Shown: positions 21,677 to 33,900 of the stretch, piece by piece
How positions within the stretch are numbered: position 1 is the first letter of the stretch
How the letters are laid out: each line of letters opens with the position of its first letter
Assembly: GCA_965644315.1 (NCBI GenBank)
Contig: CBFFRQ010000079.1
Span: forward strand, 248,001 to 312,000
Origin: Caecitellus pseudoparvulus
Lineage: Eukaryota; Protista; Bigyra: Bicosoecida
DNA: 64,000 nt
Direction: 5' to 3'
Notes under the pieces: model-generated
Told to the model about the DNA's origin: nothing
Databases searched by the model: none
Seen by the model: only the letters and a program-made list of their open reading frames with translations
Program-made: the position numbers and the translations under genes

Positions 21677-24260
21677 CACTCGGTGGCGCGGGCATCCGCC
21701 GTCGCAGGCCGGGTGGGGGAGGCGCCGAAGCCCGCGTCTCGGGACGCCGTGGTGGGGGAGGCGCCACCCGCCAGCGCCGCCCACTGCCGGTCACGCGCCT
21801 GCAGGTGGGGCGGCATTGGGGGGATGTCGTCCTCCATAGCCTGCGTCAGGCGGTGCAGGCAGGCCCGCGCCGTGCCTTCCGTGTCCCCCACCTTGTACCG
21901 CCCCATGTCCTGCCGCATGGCGGTGATGACGCCCTGCAGCTGCAGCGCATAGGCGTGCCAGTTAGCGTACGCGGTGCGGGCTGCGTCGGAGCGCTCCGAG
22001 GCCTCCTCCGCCGCTGCACTGACGACGGCAGCCTCATCCACCGCCTCCCGCAGCGTCGTCCGCAGCTCCCCCAGGCTGTACTGCTCGAAGCGCTCCAGGA
22101 GCGCGATGAGCGCGCCCACCGCCTCCGCCACGCCCTCGTTCCCCACGTCCAGCTGGGAGGAGATGTGCTCAAACTTTTCCTGCAGCTCCTCGTCCAGAGT
22201 GGCGATCTTGCCCTCCACCGCCTCCGCCACGCCCACGATGCGGTCCGCCACGGTGCCCAGGTGGTCTGACGTCGCGCCCCAGTTGCGCATGAGGGTGGCG
22301 ATTTGCAGCGCATTGCCCCACTTCCACTCTGGCGGCACGGGCGCGCCATCTGTGAGGTACGGCTGCGGCCCCTCGTCTCGGGGAGGGGTGGCGGGGTGTG
22401 CCGCGGCAGCTGGGCGGTGCTGGGCCAGACGCTCCAGCAGCGCATCGCGCTCAGCAGTCACCCTGGCCAGCTGAGCGGCAGCTTGGGACGTAGAGGCGCC
22501 TGACGCCGCCTCGGCCCGGGCAGCCCGTGCCTCGGCCGCCTCAGCTCGAGCTAGGGCTGCCTGCTTCTCACCTGTCAGGCGGGCGACCTCCAGGGTCAGA
22601 CGGTGAATCTCATCCCGGTTGGCGGCAGCGGAGGAACCCTCTGCCGCCTGGGCCGCGCGCAGAGCAGCCAGCTGCGCCTCGGCCTCCTCCTTCCCCCGCT
22701 GTGCGCGCCCTGTGGCTTCCTGTGCCGTGTGCTGGGCCGCTTCGGCCGCCGCCACCTGCCGCTCCCGCTGCCCCACCTCCTTTTGTAGCGCAGCCACCTG
22801 CTGCGTGAGGGAGCGAATGGACGCCGCGGCAGTCTCCGCTGACCCTGCCTCCGCCGTCAACGCAGCCACCTGTCTCTGCAGGCCGGCGACATCTTGGGCC
22901 GCCTCACGGGCCTCACTCTGCGCCTTGGCCAGGCGTGCCTCCAGCTCACCCACGCTGCTCTGCGCGCCTTCCAGCTGGCGCCTGCACGCGGCATGGGCAG
23001 CCTGCTCGCTCTCCAGCTCCGCCGCCGTCCTTGCCAACTTGCGGCTGTGCTGTGTCGCTGACTCCTCCGCCGCCTCTGCCCGGGCGATGGCTGCCGCCAG
23101 ACGCTTGTCGCCCACGGCCACCTGCGCGGCGGCGTCCTGCACCTCCCGCTCAGCCGCCTTGGCCTGCAACTGCGCTTCCTTCTGCGCCGCCACCAGCTCC
23201 AGCTTGGCGTGGCGCAGGGCCTGGGCCAGGTCATCCCGCTCATCTGCCAGGCGGTCCAGGGCCCCCTGTGCCCCCGCCGCCCGGCCCACCTGCGCTGCCT
23301 TGTGCGCGGACATGGCCGCCAGCTCCTCCTTCAGGGCGTCGCGCTGGCCCGTCAGGCGCGCGATGGTGTCGCTGGCGGAGCGCAGGGAGGCCAGTTCCCC
23401 CGCTAGCTCAGCCAGCTCTGCCTGTTGCTCTGCCACGACGCTGTCTCGGGCGGCCACCTGCCCACGCAGCACCTCCACCTCCGCCATGAGGGAGGATACG
23501 GCGCCCGCCCCTGCTGTCACGGCGCCGGGGCTGGGGCCCAGGGAGGGCAGCCCCCCTCGGAAGCCGGCGCTGCCACGGCGACTTGCCTCGGGCCCGGCAG
23601 CTGGTGCAGTGCTGCGTTGTGAGCTGCCGGAGTCTGCGCGGAGCGCCGCGACGGCGGCGTCTTTCTGCGCACGCTTCATGGACTTCAGGGAGCGCGTCAG
23701 CCTCTTCACGGCCTTGTCCTTCTCGGCGACCTGCTCAGGGTGCAAGGCTCGCAGTGCGGGTCACGCGCCCTCTGTCACGCAGCCTGCCGACTCACCTGCA
23801 GACTCAGCTCCTCCCTGGACACTGGTCTGAACCTCTTAGGTCCAGAAATGCTCTTGCGCAGCACATACTCGTCCACCTGGCAACGCGCGATCGAAGCAGT
23901 CGTGCAGCCGTTGCTGGGTGCACCGCGAAACGCTTGCGAAACGTACCTCGGCCTGCGTCATGCCAGTGTGCTCCACAAGCAGTCGCTTCACAACATCTGT
24001 CACCAGCTCCTGCTGTCGGAGCTCCTTGGCAAGCTGCTGGATGTACTTGGACCGTTTGTTCTCCTTCTGCGCCTCCAGCACCGTCGCCAGCTGCGACTGC
24101 AGCTGCGTGATGGTTCGCTGCAGCCCCGCCACACGCGCGCTGTGCATGGCGCCCATGGCCCGCACTTGCACTGCGCAAGGAGAAGCAGTGGCTGACGTGT
24201 AAACATCGATCTGCAGTACACTCCAGGGCACTCGAACGCACCATCATGCTGGGCCTGCAT
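21676..24260 (-). CDS. Long coiled-coil hypothetical protein, multi-exon (start approximate)
   Basis: Heptad-rich 689-aa ORF plus spliceable upstream exons (MQAQHDVQVRAMGAMHSARV..KENKRSKYIQQL; VDEYVLRKSISGPKRFRPVSREEL). Confidence 0.6.
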
Positions 24261-24865
24261 GCTGCATGGGCAGCTCCGCAGCCTTCCACGCAGCGACCGG
24301 TGCCAACTCCAGCCCTCGCCCTGTCCGGCCGCAACGACGGGGTGCCGGGGATGCTCAAGCAAGGCTGCACACCACCGGGCAGTGTACGTGAGGGCCAGGT
24401 GCAGAGGGCCATTCAGCGGGGCTGAACCACCGGGTATGCGGATTTGTGTCTGCGAGGATTGTGCCGGCGCTGGCGCAAGTGTGTTGCACACGAATTGCAA
24501 ATGTCAAAGCTACTTCTACGACTCGCGCTTTCAATCCCTTGCGATTTTCCCGCCTGGCCCAATGTCACGTCCTCGCTGTGCATGCTTTGCTTCCCATGCC
24601 ACTTGCAGAGACCCTTGCACACAAGCTTGAGCAGGCCAAAACTCGCGTCACACCGCTTGCCTGACACGGTGCGGTTGCACATCCATGATCTAATCATCTG
24701 CTTGCGTTGCAGCGCCTCATTGCGTGAGTTCGGGCGTGACGCTTGGTGCACATTGAGCCCTAGTGACTCCAACGGCGCTGTCTCCCTGCCCAGACTCACC
24801 CAGGCTTGTGGGCCACAAGAGCAGCGTGACTGCCCAATAGCATAGATACAGCTGCAATCTTGGCC

Positions 24866-27396
24866 ATGGCTTGTGTCGCGTGCAAATGCTGCGGCCCCAG
24901 CAAAGAGCAGGAGGTATGGGAACCACGCACTGGTTCGGCGCCACCCTGAGCCCCCTGCTCTTGCAGCTTGCCATCCTGTCCTTGCTACGCCCCCCAACAG
25001 GAAGAGGCAGCAGCTTTGCTTGGCTATGTTGCCCTGGAACGGCGCAAGTGCCGAGATATCCCTTGTGCGTTGTGCTCGATTCAGGGCCACAAGCTGGATT
25101 TCCGCACAGCTGCCGACAGCTCCTCAAACGGCACAGCGAACCCTCTCTCCCCCTCGCAGGCTGCATCATCTTCTCATTGTTTTGGGTGCTGATGATCGTG
25201 TTCACGGCGCTGGCCTTCGTCACGGGCGAGCCGCGCCGCCTCGTATTCGGCACGGACTACGAAGGCAACGTTTGTGGCGTCACTGAGGGCTTCACGAAGA
25301 AGCCCTACACCGCATATCCCCGCCTGAATGCTGATGTGACTGCCAACCGCTTCAAGACGCCCAGTGAGATGAAGTTCTACGGCGTCTGCGTGCAGGGCTG
25401 CAACGAGGACGCACCGACAGTCGTATGCCAGAATGAGTTCGCAGCTGTGAACGAAGCCCCGCAGGTGGTCTTGCAGGACATCTTCGCAACCTGCTTCGCC
25501 CCCAACATCTCAACCCTGTCCTACAGCAATGCTTCCTGGAGCATAGGGGACAAGCAGTACACTTGCGGCGACACCAACCCACTGCTCAGCAACTGCTGGC
25601 CGGTGCCCTTCAACACGACCTCCATGCTGTTTCGGTGCGTCCCAAAGTACAACATCGGCACGACTGTGGAAGAGGTATGTGTGTACCCTGCTGCGGATGC
25701 GCTTGGGCAGCCGCTCAGCGCCAGCTCTGAGGAATGCCTGCTCGTGTCCGAAGTCCGTGACGGCGCCACCATTCGGCCAGCACGAACGAACGCTCTGCTT
25801 GACAACCTCAACGACGCCAGTCAGACGTGGGGCCGGTACATGGGAGACCTCGCTCGAGTCTGGTGGGTCATCGCGCTGACGGGCGTCGTGCTGCCCTTGG
25901 TGCTTGCTCTTCTCTACCTCATCACCATCCAGTTTTGTACGGGTGTGATCGTGTACACCACCATCATCCTCGCGGTTCTCGCGCCCGTGGCGGTCTGCAT
26001 CTACTCGTTTTACAGAGCTGGTGCAATTACCAACGAACGCGTGCTTTCCTTCGCGGACAAGGCAGCCGATGCCGTCGGGAACGTGGCCGGGACGAAGGAA
26101 GCAGCGGTGTCCCAGGATGTCGACAGCGCGTCTGACAACCAGCTGGGCTTCCGCATCGCCGGGTATATCAGCCTCTTTGTGTCCCTTGTTGCCTTCGTCG
26201 TCGTGCTGGCCATCCGGAAGAACGTCATCGTCATCGTCAAAGTGCTGTCGCTCGGGGCCGAGTCTGTGCGCCACCTTGGCGTGGAGCTGCTGTCGTTGCC
26301 TTTGGTGTCGTCACTGGCTACGTTCGCCATCACAGCATGGTTTATCTTTGTCTCCGCGTACTTGATGTCTGCCGCACAGCTCGTCAAGAGCGGGGAACTG
26401 CCCCAAGATGCTGACAGCTCTGCCTTCGCCAACGTCACAGCTGTGTACGCCGTGGCAGGATGGGAGCCAGACAGGGCGCTGCAATACCAGTTCATCCTGG
26501 TGTTCTTCGGCTATCTGTGGACCACTCAGTGGGTGTCTGCCCTTTCCTTCATCACAATTGCGGGGGCTGTGGGAGGCTGGTACTTTTCGCGCCCCGTGCC
26601 GGCGGACTCCAAGGCGCCCGTGTACACGCCCCCGGAGCGATCGCCTGTGTACACCAAGCTGTGGCACGCGCTGAGGTTCTACACCGGCACTGCTGCGCTG
26701 GGCTCTTTCCTCGTGGCTTTCGTGCAGATGCTGCGCGCCATCATGGTGTACATTGACGCGCAAACTCGGCGCATCCAAGCTGTCAGTTGCTTTGTCCGAA
26801 TGGTCATCAAATGCCTGCACTGCTGCCTGTGGCTGTTGGAGTGCATCGTGAAGGTCATCACCCGCACTGCCTTTGTGTACGTGGCAGTGAAGGGCTTCGG
26901 GTTCTGCACGGCTGGAGCGTGTGCGCTGGCCACCATCGCCACAAACTTCAAGCTGCTGGCGGGCGTGACGGTGCTGGGCCAAGTCCTGCTGTGGCTTGGG
27001 AAGCTCATTGTCGCCTCTTTGTGCGGGCTGTGCACCATCTTCATCATTGAGAACACCAGCAGTCTCAACAGCGGGGAAGGCAAGGTGTACTCGTCGTGGC
27101 TGCCGGCCATGGTCGCTTTCATCGTCGCCTTCTTCATCGCCAACATGATCCTGCAGGTGTGGGACGCTGCCGTGGACTCCGTGATCATGAGCTACATCTG
27201 CGATGTCTCTGAAAACGAACTCTCCAAGCCCCAGCACTTTGCGGACCACGACCCCATCGCGATGCTACAGGCAGAGGGTGAAGACAAGGAGGCAGACTCG
27301 GCCGTGACATACGGCAGCGCGGGCGACTCCTCCAGTGAAAGCACAAGGTCCAGCGTGCAGAACCCGCTGCCAGCATCTGGCGGTGCTGCCGAGTGA
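24866..27396 (+). CDS. SLC44A: Choline transporter-like (CTL/SLC44) protein A; exons 24866-24913, 25001-25064, 25160-27396
   Basis: RKCRDIPCC, GEPRRLVFGTDYEGNVCG, FYTGTAALGSFLVA, CLWLLECIVKVITRTAFVYVAVKG.GFC and AVDSVIMSYICD, with about 10 TM segments. Confidence 0.88.
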
Positions 27397-27494
27397 GCGT
27401 GCCCTCTTCCTGTCGCAATGCAAGCGCTTTGGGCCGCAAGGTGCATTGCGGAGCCTTGGACATGTCTCACGTCACGTTGATCGGGGTCGGGGGT

Positions 27495-30400
27495 TTACTC
27501 CTTTCCCTCCAGGTCAGCCGCCTGGCCGCCAATGGGGTTGGCGGTGCCAACGCGCGCGCCGCCAGGCCCGCCCGCAGGGGCAGGTGGCGCGTCGTCCTCC
27601 TCCTGCTTGGCCTTGTGCTTCTCCTTCAGCTCTGCGATGGCATCCTCGCCCTCGATGTGGATGGGCTTGCGCTCGGACTCCTTGTTGCCGTTGGCGCGGT
27701 AGTTCTCGTCGCGGTCCATGATGTAGCACACCAGGACGGTGTCCACGGCAATGTCAAAGACGATGAAGAAGGCCGTCGCGACGATGTACGCGAAGAGGAA
27801 CGTGACCATGCCCGGCAGCCAGGCAGCGGAGACCTCCTCCTCGCCGCCCTCCTGGAAGGACTCGGTGTTCTCGATGATGCCCAGGGCCGCGAAGGCGCAC
27901 AGCGCCGCGACGAAGCACTTGCCCAGGAACATGATGATCTCCGCCAGGGAGTTCACGAAGGCCACGACGGAGAAGTTGTTGGCGATGAGGCTGAGGGAGT
28001 ACATGGCGGAGGGGCAGAAGCTCCAGCCCTTGATGGAGGTGACGATGTACGCGTTGCGGGTGATGATCTTGAGCAGGCACTCAATGCACCACAGGAAGCA
28101 CTGCACGCAGAGGAAGACGTACTTGAGCACGACGTTGTTCTCCTTGCCCTTGCGCGCCTGCTGCTCGATGTAGTACATCACGGCGCGGATGAACTGCACC
28201 GTGGCGATGAGGAGGGAGCCGAAGGCGACGGTGCCGGCGTGGTAGCAGAAGGCCCGGCGCAGGGAGTCCAGGACAGGCCAGTTGGGCTGGGCGTACCGCA
28301 GGCCCTTGGCCTCCACAGCCTCCCCGCCCTTGGAGAAGTACCAGCCTGCGGCGCCGCCGGACAGGCCCATGATGGTGATGCCGATGAGGAACTGGTTCGT
28401 CCACAGCATGCCGAAGAACTCGTAGATGATCATGTAGCGCAGGGCCTTGTCGGTGGTGGACACCTTCAGGACGTAGTTGACAGTTGCGTTGGTGTCGAAC
28501 TGGCTCAGCACAGCGGACGCGTTGGCAGCTGCCGCCGACGTGACGGTCTCTGGCGTGCCTGGCACGCTGAACAGGGACACCGTCACGAACAGCCAGAATG
28601 CCAGGAAGCCAAAGAGCAAGATGGTGGGAAGCAGGGGCGCCAGGATGGCCTCGATGCCCAGGGCGTTGACGGCCTTGGAGCCGAGCTTGATGACCTCGAT
28701 GGCGATGGCGACGCTCTTGCGCAGGGCGATGATGAGGACGAGGACGATGACGGAGACGGCCGTCATGACGTAGGCGGCGATGCGGAAGGCGGCGTTGTTG
28801 TCGCCGCTGCTGTCCAGCTCAGCGGACTGGTCCACAGTCTGGGTGTTGGTCGTGTCACCGCTGCTGCCAGAGGTGGAGGAGGCGCGGGACAGGCGGTCCG
28901 CGAAGGAGGTGATGGTTTCGTTGTTCAGGACGCCAGCGCGGTAGTACAGGTACACCGTCAGGGCCACAGACAGCAGCAGGGTGAGGATGATGGTGAGCCA
29001 CACGATGACGCCGACGGCGTACTTGATAGCGAACAGGAACAGGTAGCCCAGCACAAGCCCGATGACGACGGAGCAGACAGCGATGACCCACCAGGTGTGG
29101 CGCAGGTCGTTGATGTACCGCCCCCACGTCTGGCTGGCGTCGTTGAGCTGGTCAAAGAGGATGCTGGAGTCACGAGGGCGCGTGACGGTGCCGGTGGAGC
29201 TCTCGGTCACCAGCACGCAGCGGGAGTCGGTGGGCTCCAGCGTCGTGCCGTTGCCCACTGGGTACGCGCACGTGGAGGTGGCGTTGTTGTTCACCTCGTA
29301 CACGGGGATGCACCGGCGCAGGATGCTGGACGTGTATACGGGCACGATCCAGCAGTTGGCGTAGATGGAGGAGCAACGCACGGAGGCGCCGTTGATGGTG
29401 TTGGAGTCGGCAGGGTCCACAGAGCCGAAGCAGCCTGTGCTGGAGTCCAGCAGGGCAGCCTGGTCAGCACCCTGGAAGTTGTTCACGGACTTGTACTGGT
29501 CGTTGCACACGACGACGATGTTCTTGCCGGTTTCCTTGGTGTTGCACTCGCTCACGCAGATGCCGTAGAAGGAGTAGTCCTGGGGGGCCTTGCCGATGTT
29601 TGCCTGCAAGGAGGGGGGAGGGGGTCGCTCCAGCCTGTGTGCTGGCGGCGGGCATCCGCAGGATGAGCACGACGCACACTGCGAGGAGCGGAGGGGCAGA
29701 GAGGTGGCGAGGCGGCAGCGGCGCAGCGCACCGGGCAGCAGGGGCGTACATGATGTCTTCGTTGGTTCGAGGGTACATGGTGTAGCGCAGGTCAGTGACG
29801 CCGTCCGAGTAACCGCAGGTGCGGCCCTGCAGAAAGGGCGAGGAGTTGGCGTTTCCCTCGCGCTGCATGACAGCCAGTGGTTACAGCGCGGGCGAGAGGG
29901 CCGTCCGCGGGGAACGCGCAGCCCAGCGCTGGCAGCGCTGGCGACGCACCTCATAGTCAGAGCCAGCAATAAGGCGGCCAGGCTCGCCCTCGGCCTGTGC
30001 AGCAGCGGGGGGACCCGGGAATTGCGTGTGGGTTGCTGGAGGGTGGGTGGCAGTGCACCACGACGGGGCATCGGGCTGCGCAGCGCGGCACGCACCAGTG
30101 CAATGGCCCCGATGATGATGAAGCCCAGCATGAAGAGCAGGTACAGGATGGCACCTGTTGGCGTGGGCGGCGGGGGAGGGAGTGGGGCGAGGTCGTTCCG
30201 GCGGCCAACAGCAGCGGCGTCGCAGCGACCGAGCGCTAAACTGCCCACGCCACGCACACAGCAGGTCAGTGACACCTCGGTGCTCATCCTTGATGAAGCC
30301 ACGCCACTTGCTCTCATCGGACTCGCTGAGCTTGCTCTGCGGGGGGGGAGGGTCGGTGCGCTGCAAGTGCAGTTCCATGCAACGTCCGCCCTGGCAACTC

Positions 30401-30509
30401 TGCAGGCACTCACGTCAACTTGCTTCTTGGGAGCACAGCAGTCCAGGCGGCCAGTCTCGGGGTCCGTGGGGCAGCAACCGCACAGGTTGCAGGAGAAGCA
30501 GCTCCCCAT
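27495..30509 (-). CDS. SLC44A: Choline transporter-like (CTL/SLC44) protein B, multi-exon
   Basis: RGVTDLL, GEPGRLIAGSDYE-GRTCG, YHAGTVAFGSLLIA, CFLWCIECLLKIITRNAYI and AVDTVLVCYIMD. N-terminal MGSCFSC acylation-like motif. Several 5' introns, so the 1004-aa ORF reads through introns. Confidence 0.9.
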   Translation of the reverse strand: MGSCFSCNLCGCCPTDPETGRLDCCAPKKQVDVSACRVARADVAWNCTCSAPTLPPRRASSASPMRASGVASSRMSTEVSLTCCVRGVGSLALGRCDAAAVGRRNDLAPLPPPPPTPTGAILYLLFMLGFIIIGAIALVRAALRSPMPRRGALPPTLQQPTRNSRVPPLLHRPRASLAALLLALTMRCVASAASAGLRVPRGRPSRPRCNHWLSCSARETPTPRPFCRAAPAVTRTASLTCATPCTLEPTKTSCTPLLPGALRRCRLATSLPLRSSQCASCSSCGCPPPAHRLERPPPPSLQANIGKAPQDYSFYGICVSECNTKETGKNIVVVCNDQYKSVNNFQGADQAALLDSSTGCFGSVDPADSNTINGASVRCSSIYANCWIVPVYTSSILRRCIPVYEVNNNATSTCAYPVGNGTTLEPTDSRCVLVTESSTGTVTRPRDSSILFDQLNDASQTWGRYINDLRHTWWVIAVCSVVIGLVLGYLFLFAIKYAVGVIVWLTIILTLLLSVALTVYLYYRAGVLNNETITSFADRLSRASSTSGSSGDTTNTQTVDQSAELDSSGDNNAAFRIAAYVMTAVSVIVLVLIIALRKSVAIAIEVIKLGSKAVNALGIEAILAPLLPTILLFGFLAFWLFVTVSLFSVPGTPETVTSAAAANASAVLSQFDTNATVNYVLKVSTTDKALRYMIIYEFFGMLWTNQFLIGITIMGLSGGAAGWYFSKGGEAVEAKGLRYAQPNWPVLDSLRRAFCYHAGTVAFGSLLIATVQFIRAVMYYIEQQARKGKENNVVLKYVFLCVQCFLWCIECLLKIITRNAYIVTSIKGWSFCPSAMYSLSLIANNFSVVAFVNSLAEIIMFLGKCFVAALCAFAALGIIENTESFQEGGEEEVSAAWLPGMVTFLFAYIVATAFFIVFDIAVDTVLVCYIMDRDENYRANGNKESERKPIHIEGEDAIAELKEKHKAKQEEDDAPPAPAGGPGGARVGTANPIGGQAADLEGKE

Positions 30510-30979
30510 GGCGTCAGGTGGTGGAGGGCACGGGGTCGGGAGGCACAGAGGCAGGTGGCGCTCTGTGTGGCACGCTTGTCAGCTTGCTGCACTTGCAACA
30601 GGCTGCTGTCGGTGGGTGTGGAGGGAGATTGTGCAACTGGCGCGGGTGCCTGGCAAGCTCTGCGTGGAGCAGGACAAGGTGGCATGTTGGGGGCCCCTGC
30701 ACAAGGCGTTGCGGGAGCCCTATGCTTGTCGCTACTGCTCGTTTGGTGGGGAAGTGCGCAGACGCTGCCAGCCGCCCGGCCCGCGTCAATTCGGGCAGCG
30801 TGGGCAAATGAGAAGCCCGTGGAAGCACAGGGTAGCCTCTCAGCGTGACACAGGGCAGATGCCCTGGCGCTGTGGACCTGACCTGGGGTGTCCTGGCACC
30901 CTTGCTGTCGCAGGGGCGGTGTTTCAGCGTCGAAACGCAAGAGTGCCTGCCTTGCCTGCCAGCACCGGTTCGAGGCAGG

Positions 30980-33900
30980 ATGGAGGAGGCGGCAGTCGCT
31001 CGCCTCCTCTTGGACAGTGCACTGGCAGCCCACACCGTGCCCCAGCAGCGTGCCATCGCCCTGCTCCACCGCACAGCGGCCGAGACGCCGCACCGGCTGC
31101 ATGAAGCCAGCGTGCCATGCTCCAAGCAACGACTGTTCGATGTGTCCTTTTACCCGACCTTTTACGGCTCCAACGTGGGGGCAGCCATGAAACGACTGAC
31201 GTTCGAGGTGCAGACGTTCGACAGCGTGTTGGTGTCCCGCTTCGCGGCCGTGGGGCGTCGCTTGCTGCGGGAGGACGCAGGGCAGGCAGGCGATGGTGCA
31301 GTGCAGCAGGGCACGCACAGCAGCGCCCCCTCAGCCCTGCCACTGGCCGTGGACGTCCTGTGTGACGGCGGCGCGACGATGGAAGACCTCGTGCTCAGCG
31401 CTGTGAAGCAGAGCTGCCTCGCCGCGGCGCTCTTTGCAGGGTCAGGCGCCAGCTCGCCGGCGGAGGGGAGTGGCTCTGGCGCTGCGCCCGACACCCTCAC
31501 GACGCTGGCCCAGGCGTGCGTGTTGAAGTGCGCCGGCCTGCGCGACTTCCTGCACTGCGATGCGGGACGCAAGGTGGCCGCCAGCCGGTCTGTCCAGGAA
31601 GCAGTCGCCCTCGGCCGGCCCCTGCGGTGGTCATTGCAGGCCAAGCGCACTGCGCCCGGGTGGAGCCCTCAGTCCCCCGCGGCGGCCTTGGTGGACGCCA
31701 GCCTGGCGCCGCCCCTGCTGCAGTTGTTGGGCGCCCACAGGCGGCGAGTGCACGCGGGTGCCTTGGGGCCCTGCCTGCGACATGCCAATGCTGAGTGGCC
31801 CCTGCGTGTGCGAGTGCGGGGGGTGCGGAACCTCCTGCCTGCCCTCGCCCACGCCAAGGTGCCAGGGCGCAACACAGCCGCCCTGCCCAAGGCAGAGGGG
31901 CACCACAAGTCCTCCGGCAGCTCCGCCGCAGGCCGCACTCGTGCACTGTCCTTTGGCATGCTGGGCCGCAGTGGCCGCAGCACTGCCGGCGGGGAGGGGG
32001 GCGATGCAGGCGAGGGAAAGGCCCCTGCAAGGGTACTGTCCTCGCCACTGGACCGAGAGTCCTCCACAGCGACGCTGTCCGCAACGGCAGCTGAAGACGG
32101 CACGCTGCTGGTGCCGCTCGAGCACGCCCAGGGGTGCGTGCGTGTGCCAGGCACCAAGGCCACCACCCAGCTCACGGCCGTGTTCGTGCGGGTGGAGGTG
32201 GTGTACGGGGGCAAGACGCTGCCAGGGTGCACCATGCACACCCGCCACCGCGCGTGGGCCCCCCACATTCTGTGGGAGGGTGGCAGTGTCGAGGGGGGTG
32301 CGCAAGGCTGCACTGCTGACGGCGGGGAGGGCTGGCTCAGCACCCAGCGCCTGGTGCAGGACATGCCCCAGGAGAGCTGCTTGAGTGTGACTGTGCTGGC
32401 GCTGGGGGAGGGCTTGGCAGAGCCCGTGACGCTGGGCAGCTCCACGCTGCCGCTGGTGCGGCCCGATGCCACCCTTCTGGCTGGGCGGCGGGAGGTGCGG
32501 TGTTGGCCAGGCGACACACCCACCGCGCACCGGCCAGTGGGCCCCTACGTGCCGCCCTCTGACACACACAGGTCGGCACACAGCTTGGCAGAGGAGCAGG
32601 AGGGGGCGCAGGTAGCCCAGAGATGCCAGGTGGGCGGCGAGACCGCCTCGCAGGTTGGGTGGGGCGCGCTGACTACGCCCCCCGGCAGTGACGCGGCGGG
32701 CTCGCTACAGGGGGATATGGCGCTGGGGTTGTTGACACAGGCCACCATGCACCACGACGTGGAGGAGGTGTCCCGTCCCCTGCCGTCCGCCTCCCGCAGC
32801 CCACACCCCTTCAGCGACGAGGACAGCGACGGGGAAGACGGCCACGCGCCCCTCATCCACGCGCCTGATCGGGAGGCTTCAGGCAGCAGCTCTGGCAGCG
32901 GTGGCGTGGACGACGCCGTGGTGGGCCGGGAGGCTGGCGAGGATGCCATCAGCGCCATGGGCGGCGGCGTCGCACCCTCCCCTGGTCCCCGACGGCCCGG
33001 CCAGCGGCCAGTGCCCAAGCGCCGCACAGGCAGCGTGTACTACACGGGGGATGACTGGATCGAGCGCCTGGAGGCTGAGCGGGAGCTGGAGGCCAGCACA
33101 GGGGTCAGTGGAGACGGTGCCAGCCCGCAGCCGGAGTCGGGTCCCGCCAGCCTGCCTGTGTCTGTGCTGGCCCTGCCCAAGGCGCGGGGTGCCGGCGAGG
33201 ACGGCGGCGGCGCGCCAGGCGTCGTGGTGCCGACGCGGAACCAGGGGCGGCGCAAGCGCTTGTCTCGCATGGTTCGATCTGGTTCCCGCTTCGCGTACAC
33301 CAACAGCATGGCTGCCATTGGGGAGGACGACGACGAGGGGGAGGGCGAGGAGGGGGTGGAGGGCGGGCTGGTGGAAGGCAAGGCGGCAGGGGACGTGGCG
33401 AGTGTGCTGCCGCCCCGAGCGGTGAGTCCACCCACTGCCCCAGCACAGGCTGGTGCGCCGCCCCCTCCTGCGCCGGCAGCTCCCGCCACTGCTCGGGATG
33501 TCGGCAGCATGGAGGCGCCTGCCTTCCTCATCCCCACCCAGCCAGACCGCGGCGCCAGTGAGTTGTACGAGGAGTACCCCCTGACTGTGCTGCTGGAGGT
33601 GCAGGGGCACGTGTTGCCCGTGGTAGTGGATGCCCCCCCTGTGGAGGTGGCGCACCTCGGCTCGGCTGCCAAGAGCACGGCACTGGCGCTGCTGGCACTG
33701 GGGGACTGTGCCTCGGGGCAGCGGGGAGCGCGGATCCGCCGCCCTTCCGCCGCGCCTGGGCCAGCCCCCCCCGCAGCACCTGCGTCCCCCACACCTGGTC
33801 GTGCCCACTCCAGTACCGCGTCAGCAGAGCCGGTCGTGCTCACTGGCGGAGATCTACCCGCCCCTGCACCAGGTGCTGGTGGCGATGCAGCTGAGGTGCC

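Noticed and set aside
24545-24553. E2F-like site TTTTCCCGC in a divergent promoter
   Set aside because: A single short motif with no supporting recurrence is too weak to call.
27393-29666. Long antisense and alternative-frame ORFs (e.g. 27393-29666 +, 51566-53587 -, 39070-40755 -, 16453-18273 -)
   Set aside because: These are shadow ORFs of GC-rich, codon-biased genes on the other strand or frame, with no recognisable motifs.
29600-30509. 1004-aa CTL ORF read as a single exon with a novel N-terminal extension
   Set aside because: Conserved CTL motifs (RGVTDLL, GEPGRLIAGSDYE, GRTCG) lie in other frames between GT-AG sites, so the open frame runs through introns by chance.
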